The notes under the pieces: model-generated
The model's database searches: none
What the model was told of the DNA's origin: nothing
What the model saw: only the letters and a program-made list of their open reading frames with translations
Source: an uncultured Gammaproteobacteria bacterium
GTDB taxonomy: Bacteria; Pseudomonadota; Gammaproteobacteria; UBA9214
Direction of reading: 5' to 3'
DNA: 64,000 nucleotides
Assembly (NCBI GenBank): GCA_963773065.1
Contig: CAVYZN010000022.1
Span: 1-64,000, forward strand
In this document: positions 32,781 through 44,769 of the stretch, in pieces
Layout: each line of letters opens with the position of its first letter
Position numbering within the stretch: the first letter of the stretch is position 1
Translations under genes and position numbers: made by a program

Positions 32781-35466
32781 TTAGTTAACCCCGGTTGTCT
32801 TCTTGCTGCGGCGCAGGCGCGACAGCAGGCGACGCGCCATGTCGCCAAAAAGTTCGGTCTGGGTCGGGTGCGGGTGTATGGCCCCGGCGACCTGTTCCAG
32901 CGTCATGTTGCCGGCGACCATCATCACAGCCTCGCCGATCAGGGTGTCGGCATGGTCAGCCAGGAAATGCACGCCGACCACGCGGTGCGTCGCCTTGTCG
33001 GCCACGATCTTGATCATGCCATGCTGTTCGTTGTTGATCATCGCCTTGGCATCGATGTTCATCGGCACCTTCACCTCCACGGCATCGATACCCTTGGCCT
33101 TCGCCTGGTCAAGCGACAGGCCGACGAAGGCGGCCTGCGGACGGCTGAAGATGACGCCGCAATCCCTGTCCTGCTCGTATTTCATGTTCTCGCCGAGGAT
33201 AGTGGCGGCCGCCACCCGCCCCTGCTGCCCCGCGGTGTGTGCGAGCATCAGCCCGCCGATGACATCACCGATGGCGAAGATATGCGGCACATTGGTGCGG
33301 CAGCGGGCATCGGCCGTCACGACACCGCGGTCACTGGCTACCCCGGCGTTATGCGAGATTCAGGCCATCGAGCACGGGGCGCTTGCCGGTCGCCATGATG
33401 ACGTAATCCACCCCGAGGTTGCGGTTCTTGCCATCCGCACCCGTAAAGGCAACTTTCATGGCGCCCGGTTGACCGGAGATCCGGTTCACGGTCGCCGAGG
33501 TATGCACCTCGAGACGCGGCTCCTCGGCGAGGATGCCGGCGAGGCTCGCGGCGATCTCCGCTTCGACCTCGGCCAGGATGCGCTCCTGCGCCTCGATGAG
33601 CGTGACCTTGCTGCCGAAGTCCTGGAAAATCTGCGCCATCTCCACGCCGATTGCCCCGGCGCCGATTACGGCGAGCCGCTTCGGCGGATGGTCCAGGCCC
33701 CAGACGGTATCGGAGGTCAGTACGCCGCCGCTCTCCAGCCCTTCCCGCGCGCCGGGTATCGGCGGCACGAACGGCGGCGCGCCGGTGGCGATGACGGCAC
33801 ATCCGAAACTGAGCGTCCGGGACGCCTTGTGAGTCGGTATGGCCGCGCGGCTGTGCGGGTCGTCCTGGTTGCTGCTGGTATTGATCGCCACGTGGTGTTG
33901 ATCGACAAACTGGCCGAAGCCATGCAGGTAGGTGATCTTCACGCCCTTGTCGGTCTTGAGCGCCATGTCGCCGCGGGTCTCCAGCACGCGGCGGAGGGTC
34001 TTTCTCCAGATCCTTCCAGACCAGTTTGGCGCCGGCGGTTCCGGTCACGCCCAGGTGCTTGTCTTCGGCCCGGTCGCGAAGCCGATCCGCCGCCGCCCGC
34101 CAGGCCTTGGAAGGGATGCAGCCGCGCCACAGGCACTCACCGCCCGGGAGGGGAGCATCGTTGATCAGGGTGACCTTCAGGCCATGGCCGGCCAGCTCGC
34201 GCGCGCAGTCTTCACCGCCCGGCCCGCCGCCGATGACCACGACATCATAATCCCAGTCACCGGCCGGGATTACCGCGCCGCCGAGGCCCATCCAGTCGAA
34301 CGGCTGCTCGATCAGGCCTTTCAGTGAATAGAGATACTTCGCGACATCCGCGCCGTTTACCACGCGGTGATCGCCCGTAATGGTAAAGGCGCTGCCCTGT
34401 TCCGTATCGGATGCGATGGCCAGGATCGCCGCCAGTCCCGGCGTGGCGATGGCATCGAATTGATTGACACCGAACATGCCCATGTTGGATATCTGGAAGG
34501 TGGCGCCGGTAAATTCCTCGGGGTTGAGGCGGCGGCTGCGCGCACGCTCGATGAGGGCCTTCCAGTCGTTATTCAGCTCGGTCAGCCCGCGCGCCTCGCA
34601 GTTGCGCAGTATGGGCACCACCAGGCCGCCGTCATCGGCCGCGACCGCCATGCCGATATCGACCTGCTCACGCTCGATCAGCCGGTACTCCGGCTGATAG
34701 CACCAATTGAGCTTCGGGTGATCCTTCATCGCCAGCGCGCAGGCGCGCGCGATCGCCACGGTGACCGACACACCGGCCTGTTTGGCGGCCGCGATCAGGG
34801 TAGCCAGGCGGATATGGGAAGTGACGTGGAAAGTCGGCATGACGATCGAGAACGACATCGCCTGCGCGATGGCCTTCTCCATGGATTTCATGGGACGGCC
34901 ATTGCCCGGAACCGCGACTTCATAGGGCGCGGGTGCGCGCTGGATATCGGCCGCGGTGATGACGCCCCCCGGGCCGGTGCCGATCAGGCGGTCGAGGTCG
35001 ACATGCCGCTGGCCGGCGAGTTTGCGCGCCAGCGGCGAGGACTTGATGCCCTGCGGGCGCGGTACGGGCGCGGCGTCCGCTGGCGTGGCCGGAACCGGTT
35101 GGCCCGCGGCGGCAACGGCCGCCGCCGGAGCGGCCGGTAATGGCGCGCGCACGGCGGGGGGCGGTCATGAGTCGCCGCGGACTTCGCGGTGGGTTCTCCC
35201 GTGCCCTCGACGACCTCCTCTTTTGTATCCACGATATAGCCGATCGGGTGCGTCACCGGCACGACGGCGTCGACGGGAGCGATCGGCCCGGAGAGGAATC
35301 CGTCGCGGAACACTTCAACGTCCATGATAGCCTTATCGGTTTCCACGGTGGCGACGATGTCGCCGCGCCTGATCTCATCGCCGATGTTTTTTTCCCAACT
35401 GACGATGACGCCCTCCGTCATGGTGTCGGAAAGCTGGGGCATCTTGATCACATAGGGTTCAGACAT
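32781..35466 (-). CDS. Pyruvate dehydrogenase E2-E3 fusion (lipoyl, PSBD, acetyltransferase, dihydrolipoyl dehydrogenase), several frameshifts
   Basis: Lipoyl domain [19 protein letters not shown]...GTGPGG and E2 motif GDHRVVNG run in frame into VIGGGPGG...[14 protein letters not shown]-terminal IHPHPT. Confidence 0.88.
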
Positions 35467-35628
35467 GAAATATTCCGTTCAGAATCCATCCAGCCATATG
35501 CCGGATACACAAATTCGAGGCCCGCGGTAACGTACCGCCCGTTAAACAACCGCCGCGCTGACATGGGACATACGCCGGCATGCCGACTCCCGCCGGGTGT
35601 CATGTTGCCCACACAATCCGGCCGGGCT

Positions 35629-36609
35629 TCAAGCGCCAAACATCGCCCGCACGGCGTCCACCACAGCCTTGGCGTCCGGCAAGGCCGCTTTTTCCAGTTT
35701 ATGGTTGTAGGGAACCGGTAAGTTCAATGCGGAAACGCGCAGCGGCGCCGCGTCCAGTTCGAAGAAACACTCCTCGTTGATGATCGCCATCACCTCGGCG
35801 CCGACGCCGACCGCCGGTTCGGACTCTTCCACGATCACGGCGCGGTGCGTGCGGGTGACCGAATCGCGTATGCCCGCACGGTCGAGCGGACTCAGCGCGT
35901 AGAGGTCGATGACCTCCGCCTCGATGCCGTAATTCCTGGCCAGCGTTTCCGCCGCCTGCAGACACCAGTGCACGGAGATGTTGTAGCCGAACAGCGTCAC
36001 GTCGCGTCCCGGGCGGGCGATCTCGGAGCCTTCGAGCGGGTGGAAGAATTCCTCATCCGGCACCTCGCCCTTCATGTTGTACATGCGCTCGTGCTCGTTG
36101 ATGAACACCGGGTCATTGCAGCGCACGGCCGACTTGATCAGTCCGTAGGCTTGGCGCGGGTTCGACGGCGTCACCACGCGCAGGCCCGCAATGCCCATGA
36201 AGACTTTCTCCATGCGCGCCGAGTGCTGCGAACCGAGCTGGTGTGCCGTGCCGCCGGGCGAACGTATGACCACGGGCGCCGCCAACTGGCCGCCCGACAT
36301 GTAACGCACCTTGGCCGCCGTGTTGAATATCTGGTCCATGGCCAGCCAGGCGAAATTGACCGACATGATTTCGATGATCGGCCGGGCCCCGAGGAAGGAG
36401 GCGCCGATGCCCAGACCGGTGAAGCCGTTCTCGGAAATCGGCGTATCGACGACGCGTTGCTCGCCGTATTTCTTGTACAATCCCTGTGTGGCCTTGTAGG
36501 TGCCGCCGGCGACGCCGATGTCCTCGCCCATCAGCAATACCATGGGATCGTTGGCCAGCTCTTCATCCTGGGCGCGGCGTATCGCCTCCCAGTACATCAT
36601 TTCAGCCAT
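35629..36609 (-). CDS. pdhB: Pyruvate dehydrogenase E1 beta subunit
   Basis: GEDIGVAGG, DTPISENGF, QHS and EVIDL. Confidence 0.92.
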   Translation of the reverse strand: MAEMMYWEAIRRAQDEELANDPMVLLMGEDIGVAGGTYKATQGLYKKYGEQRVVDTPISENGFTGLGIGASFLGARPIIEIMSVNFAWLAMDQIFNTAAKVRYMSGGQLAAPVVIRSPGGTAHQLGSQHSARMEKVFMGIAGLRVVTPSNPRQAYGLIKSAVRCNDPVFINEHERMYNMKGEVPDEEFFHPLEGSEIARPGRDVTLFGYNISVHWCLQAAETLARNYGIEAEVIDLYALSPLDRAGIRDSVTRTHRAVIVEESEPAVGVGAEVMAIINEECFFELDAAPLRVSALNLPVPYNHKLEKAALPDAKAVVDAVRAMFGA

Positions 36610-37601
36610 CAGCGCACCCCGCCTTTGACCCAGGGATCGTTTTCCGCCAGCACGTATTTTTCTACATCGGCTACATCCGGCTCGGGTGAGCGTTCTGCGA
36701 ACGCGATAACCCGGTTCTCGATCTCATCCAGGACTTCGGTATCCATGTCCTTGTAGTCACGCAGGGTCAGTTGGCCCGCATCGATCAGCCGGTCACGCAG
36801 CATGATGACCGGATCGCGCTTGCTCCACATGCGCTCCTCGGTCTTGGCGCGATAGGCGTTGGAATCCGACATGGAATGACCGCGGTAGCGGTAGGTCATG
36901 AGCTCCAGGAAATAGGGGCCGTTGCCGGAACGGACGTGCTTGATCGCCTTGGTGGCCGCCTTGTAAACCAGTTCTACATCCTGGCCGTCCTCCTGTGCGG
37001 AGGGAATATTGTAGCCCGATACGCGCTTGTACTGATCCACCACGGCGGTGGAGCGTTCGATGCGGGTACCGATGCCGTAGAGGTTGTTCTCGCAGACATA
37101 CAGCACCGGCAAATTCCAGAGCTTCGCCATGTTCAGCGATTCGTGGAAGGTGCCCTGATTATTGGCGGCATCCCCGAGAAAGCAGATGCAGATCTCGTCG
37201 CCGCCTTTCATCTGGATCGCCTTGGCGATGCCGGCCGCCAGCGGAAACGGGCCGCCGACCAGGGCATAGCCGCCCATGAAATGTTTCTTCACGTCGAAGA
37301 TGTGCATGGAACCGCCGCGTCCCTTGCAGACGCCGGTTTCCTTAGCATACAGTTCGGCCATGATTTCCTGCGGGTCCGCACCCGATTTGATCGCGTGTAC
37401 GTGATCGCGATAACTGGTGATCACGTAGTCATGACCGATCTGGGCGGCCTCCAGCACACCAAAGGCGCAGGCTTCCTCACCCGGATACAGGTGCAGGAAA
37501 CCGCCGATCTTGCGCTCGACATACGCCTCATAACAACGCTCCTCGAAGCGCCGGGCAAACAGCATTTCACGCAACACGCGTTTTTTATCCGCAACCTTCA
37601 T
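36609..37601 (-). CDS. pdhA: Pyruvate dehydrogenase E1 alpha subunit
   Basis: IGGFLHLYPGEEA, KGRGGSMH, GDAANNQG...ENN and TYRYRGHSMSD. Confidence 0.95.
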   Translation of the reverse strand: MKVADKKRVLREMLFARRFEERCYEAYVERKIGGFLHLYPGEEACAFGVLEAAQIGHDYVITSYRDHVHAIKSGADPQEIMAELYAKETGVCKGRGGSMHIFDVKKHFMGGYALVGGPFPLAAGIAKAIQMKGGDEICICFLGDAANNQGTFHESLNMAKLWNLPVLYVCENNLYGIGTRIERSTAVVDQYKRVSGYNIPSAQEDGQDVELVYKAATKAIKHVRSGNGPYFLELMTYRYRGHSMSDSNAYRAKTEERMWSKRDPVIMLRDRLIDAGQLTLRDYKDMDTEVLDEIENRVIAFAERSPEPDVADVEKYVLAENDPWVKGGVR

Positions 37602-37802
37602 GGTGATGGTTTCTTTGCTTGGTCAAAATGACAAGATGGTGAGGTTTCAGTCCCTTGGCAAAAAAGCCGGCTCAGCTTTTCCAATACAGATGGCAGCCCT
37701 GGGCATGGCCCTCTCCCCGGAGTTATCGGGAGACGGCAGTACCGGTATCACGACAAGCGCGATATGATCAGCGTTTTGCGTTAACAGGTCAAGGCTAACA
37801 GC

Positions 37803-39323
37803 ATGGAAATACCCTACGGGCACACCGAGAAAATCACAATAAATCAACACGCAAAGCCGGCGCTCACGACTCAGGTGGATGCCCATCGTGCGGCGCTGCT
37901 GATACTGCCGGAAACCGCGGGCGCCCCCGCGTGGAAACACCTGCCCTACGCCGGCGTACTCAAGCCGCGCTTCCAGCGGCTGAAACACCGGGACAGGCAC
38001 GCCTCCCGGCTGGATACCGACCTGCCCAACGGCAACGCCACCCACGTCATCCTGCAGACACTGGACCCGCAGTGCAGCACGTTCGAGTTGCTGACCATCG
38101 CGCGCACCCTGGCCGCGAAGCTGCGTGAACAGGACCCGGCTTCGGTGCTGCTGCAATTCGCCGGTTTCAAGAAGCCGCAGGCCAGACGGCTGACCGAGGC
38201 GCTCACGGCGGCATTGCTGGCAGCCGCGTGTCCGATGCCGAGCTACAAATCGGATGCCGAAAAACCGGCCGCCCTGAAGCGCATCGAGATCTACGGTTTG
38301 GAGGAAACGGTCAACCTCGCCCAGGTCCGGGCCGAGATCACCGGCAACCATCTGACGCGCTGGCTCTCGATCCTGCCATCCAATGAACTGACACCCGGCG
38401 TGTACCGTAACTTCATCGCCTCTCTGGCCAGGAAGGAAGGCTGGCAAATGACCTTCCTCAACCACAAGGCGCTGGCACGCAAACAGGCCGGGGCCTTTCT
38501 CGCGGTCGCGCAGGCGAGCCCGGTCCTGGATGCCGGCATCGTCCACCTGCGTTACCGGCCGCGGGCACACGCGGGAAAACCGCGCCTCGCCCTGGTCGGC
38601 AAGGGCATCTGCTTCGATACCGGCGGGGTGAACGTCAAGCCGGCGAAGTACATGAACGGCATGCACGAAGACATGCAGGGCAGCGCCGTGGCGCTCGGCA
38701 CGCTGCTGGCGCTCTCCCGGCTCGGCTTCGGCTACCCGGTGGACTGCTGGCTGGCGCTGGCGCAGAACCACATCGGCAGCAGGGCCTACAAACCCAACGA
38801 CGTCGTGACCGCCTGCAACGGAACCAGCATCGAGGTCATCCACACGGATGCCGAGGGGCGCATGGTGCTGGCGGACACCCTGGCGCTCGCCAGCAGGGAA
38901 AAACCGCACGTGATGATTGATTACGCCACGCTCACCGGGGCGTGCATCCATGCGCTCTCCTCGCGCTACAGCGGCGTGTTCAGCAACCGCGACGCGTTGC
39001 GCGAGCCGCTGACCGCGGCCGGGCGCGACAGCGGGGAGCGCGTCTGGCCGTTCCCGCTCGACAAGGATTTCGACGAGTCGCTCAAGTCGACCATCGCCGA
39101 TATCAAACAGTGCACGCTGGAGGGCGAGGCCGACCACATCCTGGCCGCGCGGTTTCTCAACCGCTTCGTCGCCGACGGCATCACCTGGATCCACGTCGAT
39201 CTGGCCGCCAGCAGCCACAAGGGGGGACTGGGACACATCCCCACGGACACCACCGGCTTCGGCGTGCGCCTCACCCTGAACCTGCTGCTGCAGCAAGGGA
39301 TGCTGGAGACCACGTGGAGCTGA
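37803..39323 (+). CDS. M17 leucyl aminopeptidase family protein
   Basis: [33 protein letters not shown] and WIHVD. Confidence 0.92.
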   Translation: MEIPYGHTEKITINQHAKPALTTQVDAHRAALLILPETAGAPAWKHLPYAGVLKPRFQRLKHRDRHASRLDTDLPNGNATHVILQTLDPQCSTFELLTIARTLAAKLREQDPASVLLQFAGFKKPQARRLTEALTAALLAAACPMPSYKSDAEKPAALKRIEIYGLEETVNLAQVRAEITGNHLTRWLSILPSNELTPGVYRNFIASLARKEGWQMTFLNHKALARKQAGAFLAVAQASPVLDAGIVHLRYRPRAHAGKPRLALVGKGICFDTGGVNVKPAKYMNGMHEDMQGSAVALGTLLALSRLGFGYPVDCWLALAQNHIGSRAYKPNDVVTACNGTSIEVIHTDAEGRMVLADTLALASREKPHVMIDYATLTGACIHALSSRYSGVFSNRDALREPLTAAGRDSGERVWPFPLDKDFDESLKSTIADIKQCTLEGEADHILAARFLNRFVADGITWIHVDLAASSHKGGLGHIPTDTTGFGVRLTLNLLLQQGMLETTWS

Positions 39324-40346
39324 CCCTCACCCGCCCCGACGACTGGCACCTGCACCTGCGCGACGGCGCCGCCCTCGCCTCGGTGCTCCCCCACACGGCG
39401 CGGCGCTTCGGGCGCGCCATCGTCATGCCCAACCTGAAGCCGCCGGTCGTCACCACGGCACAGGCGCTCGCCTACCGCCGGCGCATCCTCGCCGCGCGGC
39501 CTGCGGGCAGCGACTTCAGTCCCGCTCATGACCCTGTACCTGACGGACGACACCGCCGCGGAGGAAATCACCCGGGCAAGGCAGAGCGGCCATGTTCATG
39601 CCGTCAAGTTCTATCCGGCCGGCGCGACCACGCACTCCGACGCCGGCGTCACCGACATCGCCCGGACTTACGCCGCGCTCGCGGCCATGGAGGAATGCGG
39701 CCTGCCGCTGCTGGTGCATGCCGAGGTGACGGACCCCGCCGTCGATGTCTTCGACCGCGAGGCGGTATTCATCGAGCGTTTCCTGCAACCGCTCTGCGCG
39801 CGCTTCCCGGCGCTCAAACTGGTGCTGGAGCACGTCACCACGCGCGAGGGCATCGAGTTCGTCAGGTCGTCCGCCGACACGGTGGCCGCGACCATCACCG
39901 CGCATCACCTGCTGCTGAATCGAAACGCCATGTTCGCCGGCGGCATCCGCCCGCACGCCTATTGCCTGCCGGTGCTCAAGCGGGAGACGCACCGCGTTGC
40001 CTTGATCGAAGCCGCCACCGGCGGCAACCGGAAGTTCTTTCTCGGCACGGACAGCGCGCCGCATGCCCGGGAACACAAGGAAACCGCCTGCGGCTGCGCC
40101 GGCATCTACACGGCCCATGCCGCGCTGGAACTCTATGCTCAGGTCTTCGAGGAGGCGCAGGCGCTCGACCGGCTGGAAGGATTCGCCGGCCGCTTTGGCG
40201 CGGATTTTTACGGCCTGCCGTACAACACGGCAACCGTCACCCTGGAGCGGGTTGACTGGCGGGTTCCGGATCGTTACCCGCTGGGCGAATCCAGCCTGAT
40301 CCCCCTCTTCGCCGGCGAGACGCTGCCTTGGCGGATCAGGGACTAG
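39314..40346 (+). CDS. pyrC: Dihydroorotase (frameshift near 39520)
   Basis: [34 protein letters not shown] and FLGTDSAPH. Confidence 0.97.
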
Positions 40347-40586
40347 CCGAAGGCCGCCGCGACATGACGTTGACTTCGGCGTCCACATGCACGGTCCGGC
40401 CCAAGGTTATCGCCGGACACCGCTGGCCGCGGCGAGACGCCGAAAATCATTCGAGAATTTCATAGCGCGCCCCACTCAAATGTGCCCGATCGTGAAACTC
40501 GTCTCGGTGCGTGGGACAATTTTTCCGCCGATGCCGCGTCACGCCATATCATGGCGTGCTCGCGGACATCGATTTACCTGCTCCAG

Positions 40587-41254
40587 TTAGCGGACCACAG
40601 CGACAGTCGTTACCCTTCGTGTAGCCTGGAACCACTCTGCGCCTGGTAATGGGTTGGAGGAGTCGCTGGTCACGATGTTGAGGTGGGTGGCAATGTCGAT
40701 GCCCTTATTAACCGCGATCCCGCCGTTATTCCGGCACGTATTGCTCGCTTGTGGCGCTGTCGGCTCCATGGTGAATGAAGCAGAAGGTGTCCACCGCCGT
40801 GAGTTGCAGCAAAAACCCGGTTCTTACTATCACCGGGCGCCGGATCGCCGTCCAGCCAGTGGAAGTGGGCATAGGCCCCGGGCTCGGGGATGTCCTGGCG
40901 GTTTACCAGAAACACAGGATGGTCGGGCTCCACGTGGTACAGGAAGCGTCGCCGTGCGGCGTTTGCCGTCCAATGTCCAACCGAGCAGTGCAGGGATTGG
41001 CATTGCAATCCAGGTGTGTCGCCACGCGATAGCCATCCTTGGTGACCACCCCGGTGAAGCTGATATAGAAATACCCGAACAGATCGCCGCCTTGTATACG
41101 CCGGGTCTGCTGGTGGGTATCGATTTCATTGCCGAACAGAAAACTGTAAGGCGCTGGCATGATTGTTCCACGGATAGAGATCGGTCGCGGTAGCGGAACC
41201 GGCCCCCAGCAAAGACATAACCAACGTTGTCAATAACGCGAATAGCTTTTTCAT
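40587..41254 (-). CDS. Secreted His-rich hypothetical protein (several frameshifts)
   Basis: AGGAGG RBS and signal peptide MKKLFALL...SATA. Joined frames give FLFGNEIDTHQQ, VATHLDC, PGAYAHFHW, FCFIHH and IDIATHLNIV. Confidence 0.6.
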
Positions 41255-41555
41255 GAACTTCCTCCTATCGCCTACTGCTGAAATAAAACAAGGGGTGACT
41301 ATTCACCACAGAGATCACCGACACGAAGGGTTAGCATGTCAAAGCGCAAAACGCTTTATGCCATCCTTCAATTACCCGGGTCCAGGCTCACGAGACCCCT
41401 CGACTGCATATCCAAGCACCCGTTTTGAAAGTGCGTCAGATTGCATCTTTGTTTTCTTCGTGGTGAATAACTACAGCTTAGGAAACACAACCACCTATTT
41501 CCAGAGAATCCAGCCGATAAGTTTTATTCAGCGATCCTCACAGCCGGCTCAATAA

Positions 41556-42446
41556 TCAACGGCCGTGAGTGTATAACCGCGCCGTCACGAGGAGCCTGAG
41601 CAAGCCCTGCCCACCCGGCAGGTGCAGAGCGCCGACGGCGACGAACGCCCCGCCCTGCTTCAGATAGGGTTCCAGGCGCTCGGCCATGCGCTTGTTGCGA
41701 TCCACGATCAGGCGGCGCTGGAAATCCCTGGCCAGGCGCCGGTCGCCCGTTGCCATCGCGGCCTCGTTGATCGCCATCAACGCCGCGAGGTCTTGCCGTT
41801 TATAGGCCGCGAGCAACTCGGCATACATGGCATCGATCTTGGCAAACTGTTCGACGGCATCCCTGAGGAGCGCCACCTGGTCATCGAGCGGCAACCCCTC
41901 GAACACCTCCAGTTGCTCGGCGATCGTCTCCAGCCCATGGAGTTGCTTGCCCTCCTGCTGCGCCCGCTGGAACAACACCATGTCCAGCACGACGCCGGTC
42001 TCGGGCACCGGCATGGACAGCGCGGTCGCCGCCGCCCAGGGCTTCATGCGTTCCGCCACCGCTTCGGGAATACCGCGTGACTGCAGGGCGGCGACCGTCT
42101 GCTCGAACAGGGGTTTGCCGACGATCTCCGACAATAGCCGGCCGTCCATCATCAGCATGGCGGCACTGCCGGCGGCCATGGCGTCGGTATCCAGCATGAC
42201 TTCGAGTATCACCCGCCGGGAGCCGTTGAAGGCGCTCTCCACGGCCGGCGCCAAGGCCATGACCCCGGTATCCTCGGAGTGTATGGTGCCAAACAGATAA
42301 CTGGGCGCGGAGCCCGGCCGGCTGATTTTCCACAACAGGCCGTGCGCGGGACCCTCCGCGACGGCGACGGCCACCTGGCAGAACAGCACACTCAGGCAAA
42401 CGACGTACAGCCGGAGAAGGTGATTTATGCCCTGTGTCCTTAGCAT
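41556..42446 (-). CDS. TraB/GumN family protein
   Basis: LLWKIS...[24 protein letters not shown] and [11 protein letters not shown]. Confidence 0.92.
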   Translation of the reverse strand: MLRTQGINHLLRLYVVCLSVLFCQVAVAVAEGPAHGLLWKISRPGSAPSYLFGTIHSEDTGVMALAPAVESAFNGSRRVILEVMLDTDAMAAGSAAMLMMDGRLLSEIVGKPLFEQTVAALQSRGIPEAVAERMKPWAAATALSMPVPETGVVLDMVLFQRAQQEGKQLHGLETIAEQLEVFEGLPLDDQVALLRDAVEQFAKIDAMYAELLAAYKRQDLAALMAINEAAMATGDRRLARDFQRRLIVDRNKRMAERLEPYLKQGGAFVAVGALHLPGGQGLLRLLVTARLYTHGR

Positions 42447-42589
42447 GCAACCTCCGCTATCCGAATCGACAACAACCAGCGCCTTGCGGCGTGTTTCACA
42501 ACACCGTCAGATCGGTGCGCTCCCGCTCCCGTCAGACACACCCTGCCGCCGCCATCGCAAAACCGCGGGTGTTTGGGTATGCTTCGACC

Positions 42590-43240
42590 ATGACCGATTC
42601 TGACCAGAAACCACCCATCGCACAACGTTTTCGTGGTTTTCTCCCCGTCGTCGTCGACGTCGAAACCGGCGGTTTCAACGCCAAGCGCGACGCCCTGCTG
42701 GAAATCGCGGCGGTGACACTGGACATGGACGAGCAGGGCTACCTGTCGCGCCGGGAAACCTTCTCCTGCCACGTCGAACCGTTTCCCGGCGCCAACCTGG
42801 ACGAGGAATCACTGCGCTTTACCGGCATCGATCCCTATCACCCGTTCCGCATGGCGAAGCCCGAATATGAGGCGCTCGAGAGCATCTTCAAACCCGTGCG
42901 CCGGGCCATCAAGGACGGCGGCTGCAAACGCGCCATCCTGGTCGGCCATAATTCCTTCTTCGACCTGTCTTTTCTGAACGCGGCCGTGCAGCGCACCGGC
43001 ATCAAGCGTAACCCGTTTCATCCGTTCAGCACCTTCGATACCGTCAGCCTGGCCGGACTGGCCTATGGACAGACGGTGCTGGCGCGCGCGGTGCAGGCGG
43101 CGGGATTCGAATGGAACAGTGAAAAAGCCCATTCCGCCGTCTACGACACCGAGCGGACCGCCGATCTGTTCTGCGCCATTTTCAACCGCTGGAACCAGTA
43201 CAGCGGGGAGAAGGTTGCGCTGCAGTCACAGGCCATTTAA
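42590..43240 (+). CDS. rnt: Ribonuclease T
   Basis: [29 protein letters not shown] and AHSAVYD. Confidence 0.97.
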   Translation: MTDSDQKPPIAQRFRGFLPVVVDVETGGFNAKRDALLEIAAVTLDMDEQGYLSRRETFSCHVEPFPGANLDEESLRFTGIDPYHPFRMAKPEYEALESIFKPVRRAIKDGGCKRAILVGHNSFFDLSFLNAAVQRTGIKRNPFHPFSTFDTVSLAGLAYGQTVLARAVQAAGFEWNSEKAHSAVYDTERTADLFCAIFNRWNQYSGEKVALQSQAI

Positions 43241-43256
43241 CCCGGAGCGACAAACC

Positions 43257-43811
43257 ATGGCAGATACACCCGACCTGAAAGAACAGATCCTGCAGTCCCA
43301 CGCGGGGCTCATACATCGTGTCGTCATGCACTGCAACAACCCCGGCTCGATACCGGACCTGGAGCAGGTGCTGCGGCAGGCGCAGGAGAATGACTGGACC
43401 CAACTGGTCGCCGCGATCCGCGACGTCGTGGCGGGCAAGCGGGAGGCATCCATCCTGTTGGGGCTGGACGATGAAGACCGGGTGATCGTCGAGGCCATCC
43501 TGCGCGGCCTGCAGGACCCCGGCACGCTGCCCGACCTGGAGGCCGATTTTGACTCCGACATGGCGGCCCCCGGCATCGCCAGCCTGATCCACGCCTCGCG
43601 CCGGGGCAATACGCACGCCCTGCAACTGGTCGCCAACATGGCCAAGCAAATGCTGGCGGCGGGCGGCGATATGGGCATCCTGGCAGGGCGCATCCGGCCG
43701 CTGGTCGAAGGCGAACGCGATGCGGACAAACTCGGCGAGAACATGTCCGGCAAGGGTCAGGCCCTGATGGTGAAAATCCTGGAGGAACTGCTGAAGCTCG
43801 AGGCGAACTGA
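43257..43811 (+). CDS. Hypothetical helical protein with an internal duplication
   Basis: Clean ORF with an RBS, directly after rnt. Two L...IR..V.G.R.A..L...IL..L units. Confidence 0.7.
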   Translation: MADTPDLKEQILQSHAGLIHRVVMHCNNPGSIPDLEQVLRQAQENDWTQLVAAIRDVVAGKREASILLGLDDEDRVIVEAILRGLQDPGTLPDLEADFDSDMAAPGIASLIHASRRGNTHALQLVANMAKQMLAAGGDMGILAGRIRPLVEGERDADKLGENMSGKGQALMVKILEELLKLEAN

Positions 43812-43917
43812 GCGCCGCTTATGCAATTTTGGCTACAGGTGATGCTACCGCGACCCGGTGATCAATACAGGTCAGGCCGGAATAGCACTTACATAAAGCG
43901 AGAGTCCGAATTTTTCG

Positions 43918-43994
43918 CATTCCCGCGGAAGCGGGAATCCACTAAGGTTCATGAATTTCTGGATTCCGGCTCTGCGCTGCGCTGCCGGAATGAC
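43918..43994. repeat. REP-like palindrome
   Basis: cattcccgcggaagcgggaatcca ... tggattccggc...gccggaatgac, the same family as 15201. Confidence 0.65.
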
Positions 43995-44032
43995 GAATGG
44001 CCGGGAAATGGTTTAAGTAAGCGCCATTCGGA

Positions 44033-44359
44033 TCAGGCCGCGCCCTTCGCGACCGCTGCCTTCACCATTTTCTGCAGATCCCCCTTCTGGTACAGCTCGA
44101 GGGTAATATCGCAGCCGCCGATCAACTCGCCGTCGATGTAGATCTGCGGAAAGGTGGGCCAGTTCGCATAACGCGGCAGGTTCTCGAAGACCTCCGGGTC
44201 GGCCAGGACGTTCACGTGGGTAAACGCCTCGCCGCAGGCCATCAGGGCCTGCGCGGCGCGACTCGAGAAACCGCACTGGGGCATCTGCGGGGAGCCCTTC
44301 ATAAAGATGACGACAGGGTTTTCCTTCACCGCCTGGTCGATGCGTTCCATGATATCCAT
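44033..44359 (-). CDS. grxD: Monothiol glutaredoxin Grx4
   Basis: FMKGSPQMPQCGFS, WPTFPQ and GGCDI. Confidence 0.96.
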   Translation of the reverse strand: MDIMERIDQAVKENPVVIFMKGSPQMPQCGFSSRAAQALMACGEAFTHVNVLADPEVFENLPRYANWPTFPQIYIDGELIGGCDITLELYQKGDLQKMVKAAVAKGAA

Positions 44360-44494
44360 CGTTGCATACCTCGATAATTGATAACCGATCCGGAAATCGT
44401 GACGTTCATGACAACAGTCTACTGAGTGCCGGCGCGCAGAAAAAGACACTAATCAGATGGATATCCCGGGAACTGCATGGCTGATCCCTCAAGG

Positions 44495-44755
44495 GGCAGG
44501 AGGGGCTAGGCGGGACCGTCGGCCGCAGGGACGATGCACATGGAAGTGCAAGTGTCGCGTGAGAGCACGACTGCACGGAGAAGGTGAGACCGGGAACCGG
44601 TCGAGAGGCTGGCCTGGGCCATGCAGGAGGTAGGGTACCAAACGTAGGCGCCTTAGGCGACGCAGGAGCAGTTACCGAGGATGCCCGGAGCGACTGCGGC
44701 CGGCGAGCCTCCAGGGAAGGATTTACGGCGTGTCCCGCCTGGCCACTCCTGCCCG
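44495..44755. repeat. Composite nested palindromic repeat cluster
   Basis: Outer inverted arms (gggcaggag...ggcgggac / gtcccgcc...ctcctgccc) and inner cggccgcag / ctgcggccg arms enclose a copy of the 40-bp repeat (44525-44558) and further modules. Confidence 0.65.
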
Positions 44756-44769
44756 TGGTCTGGGATGCC

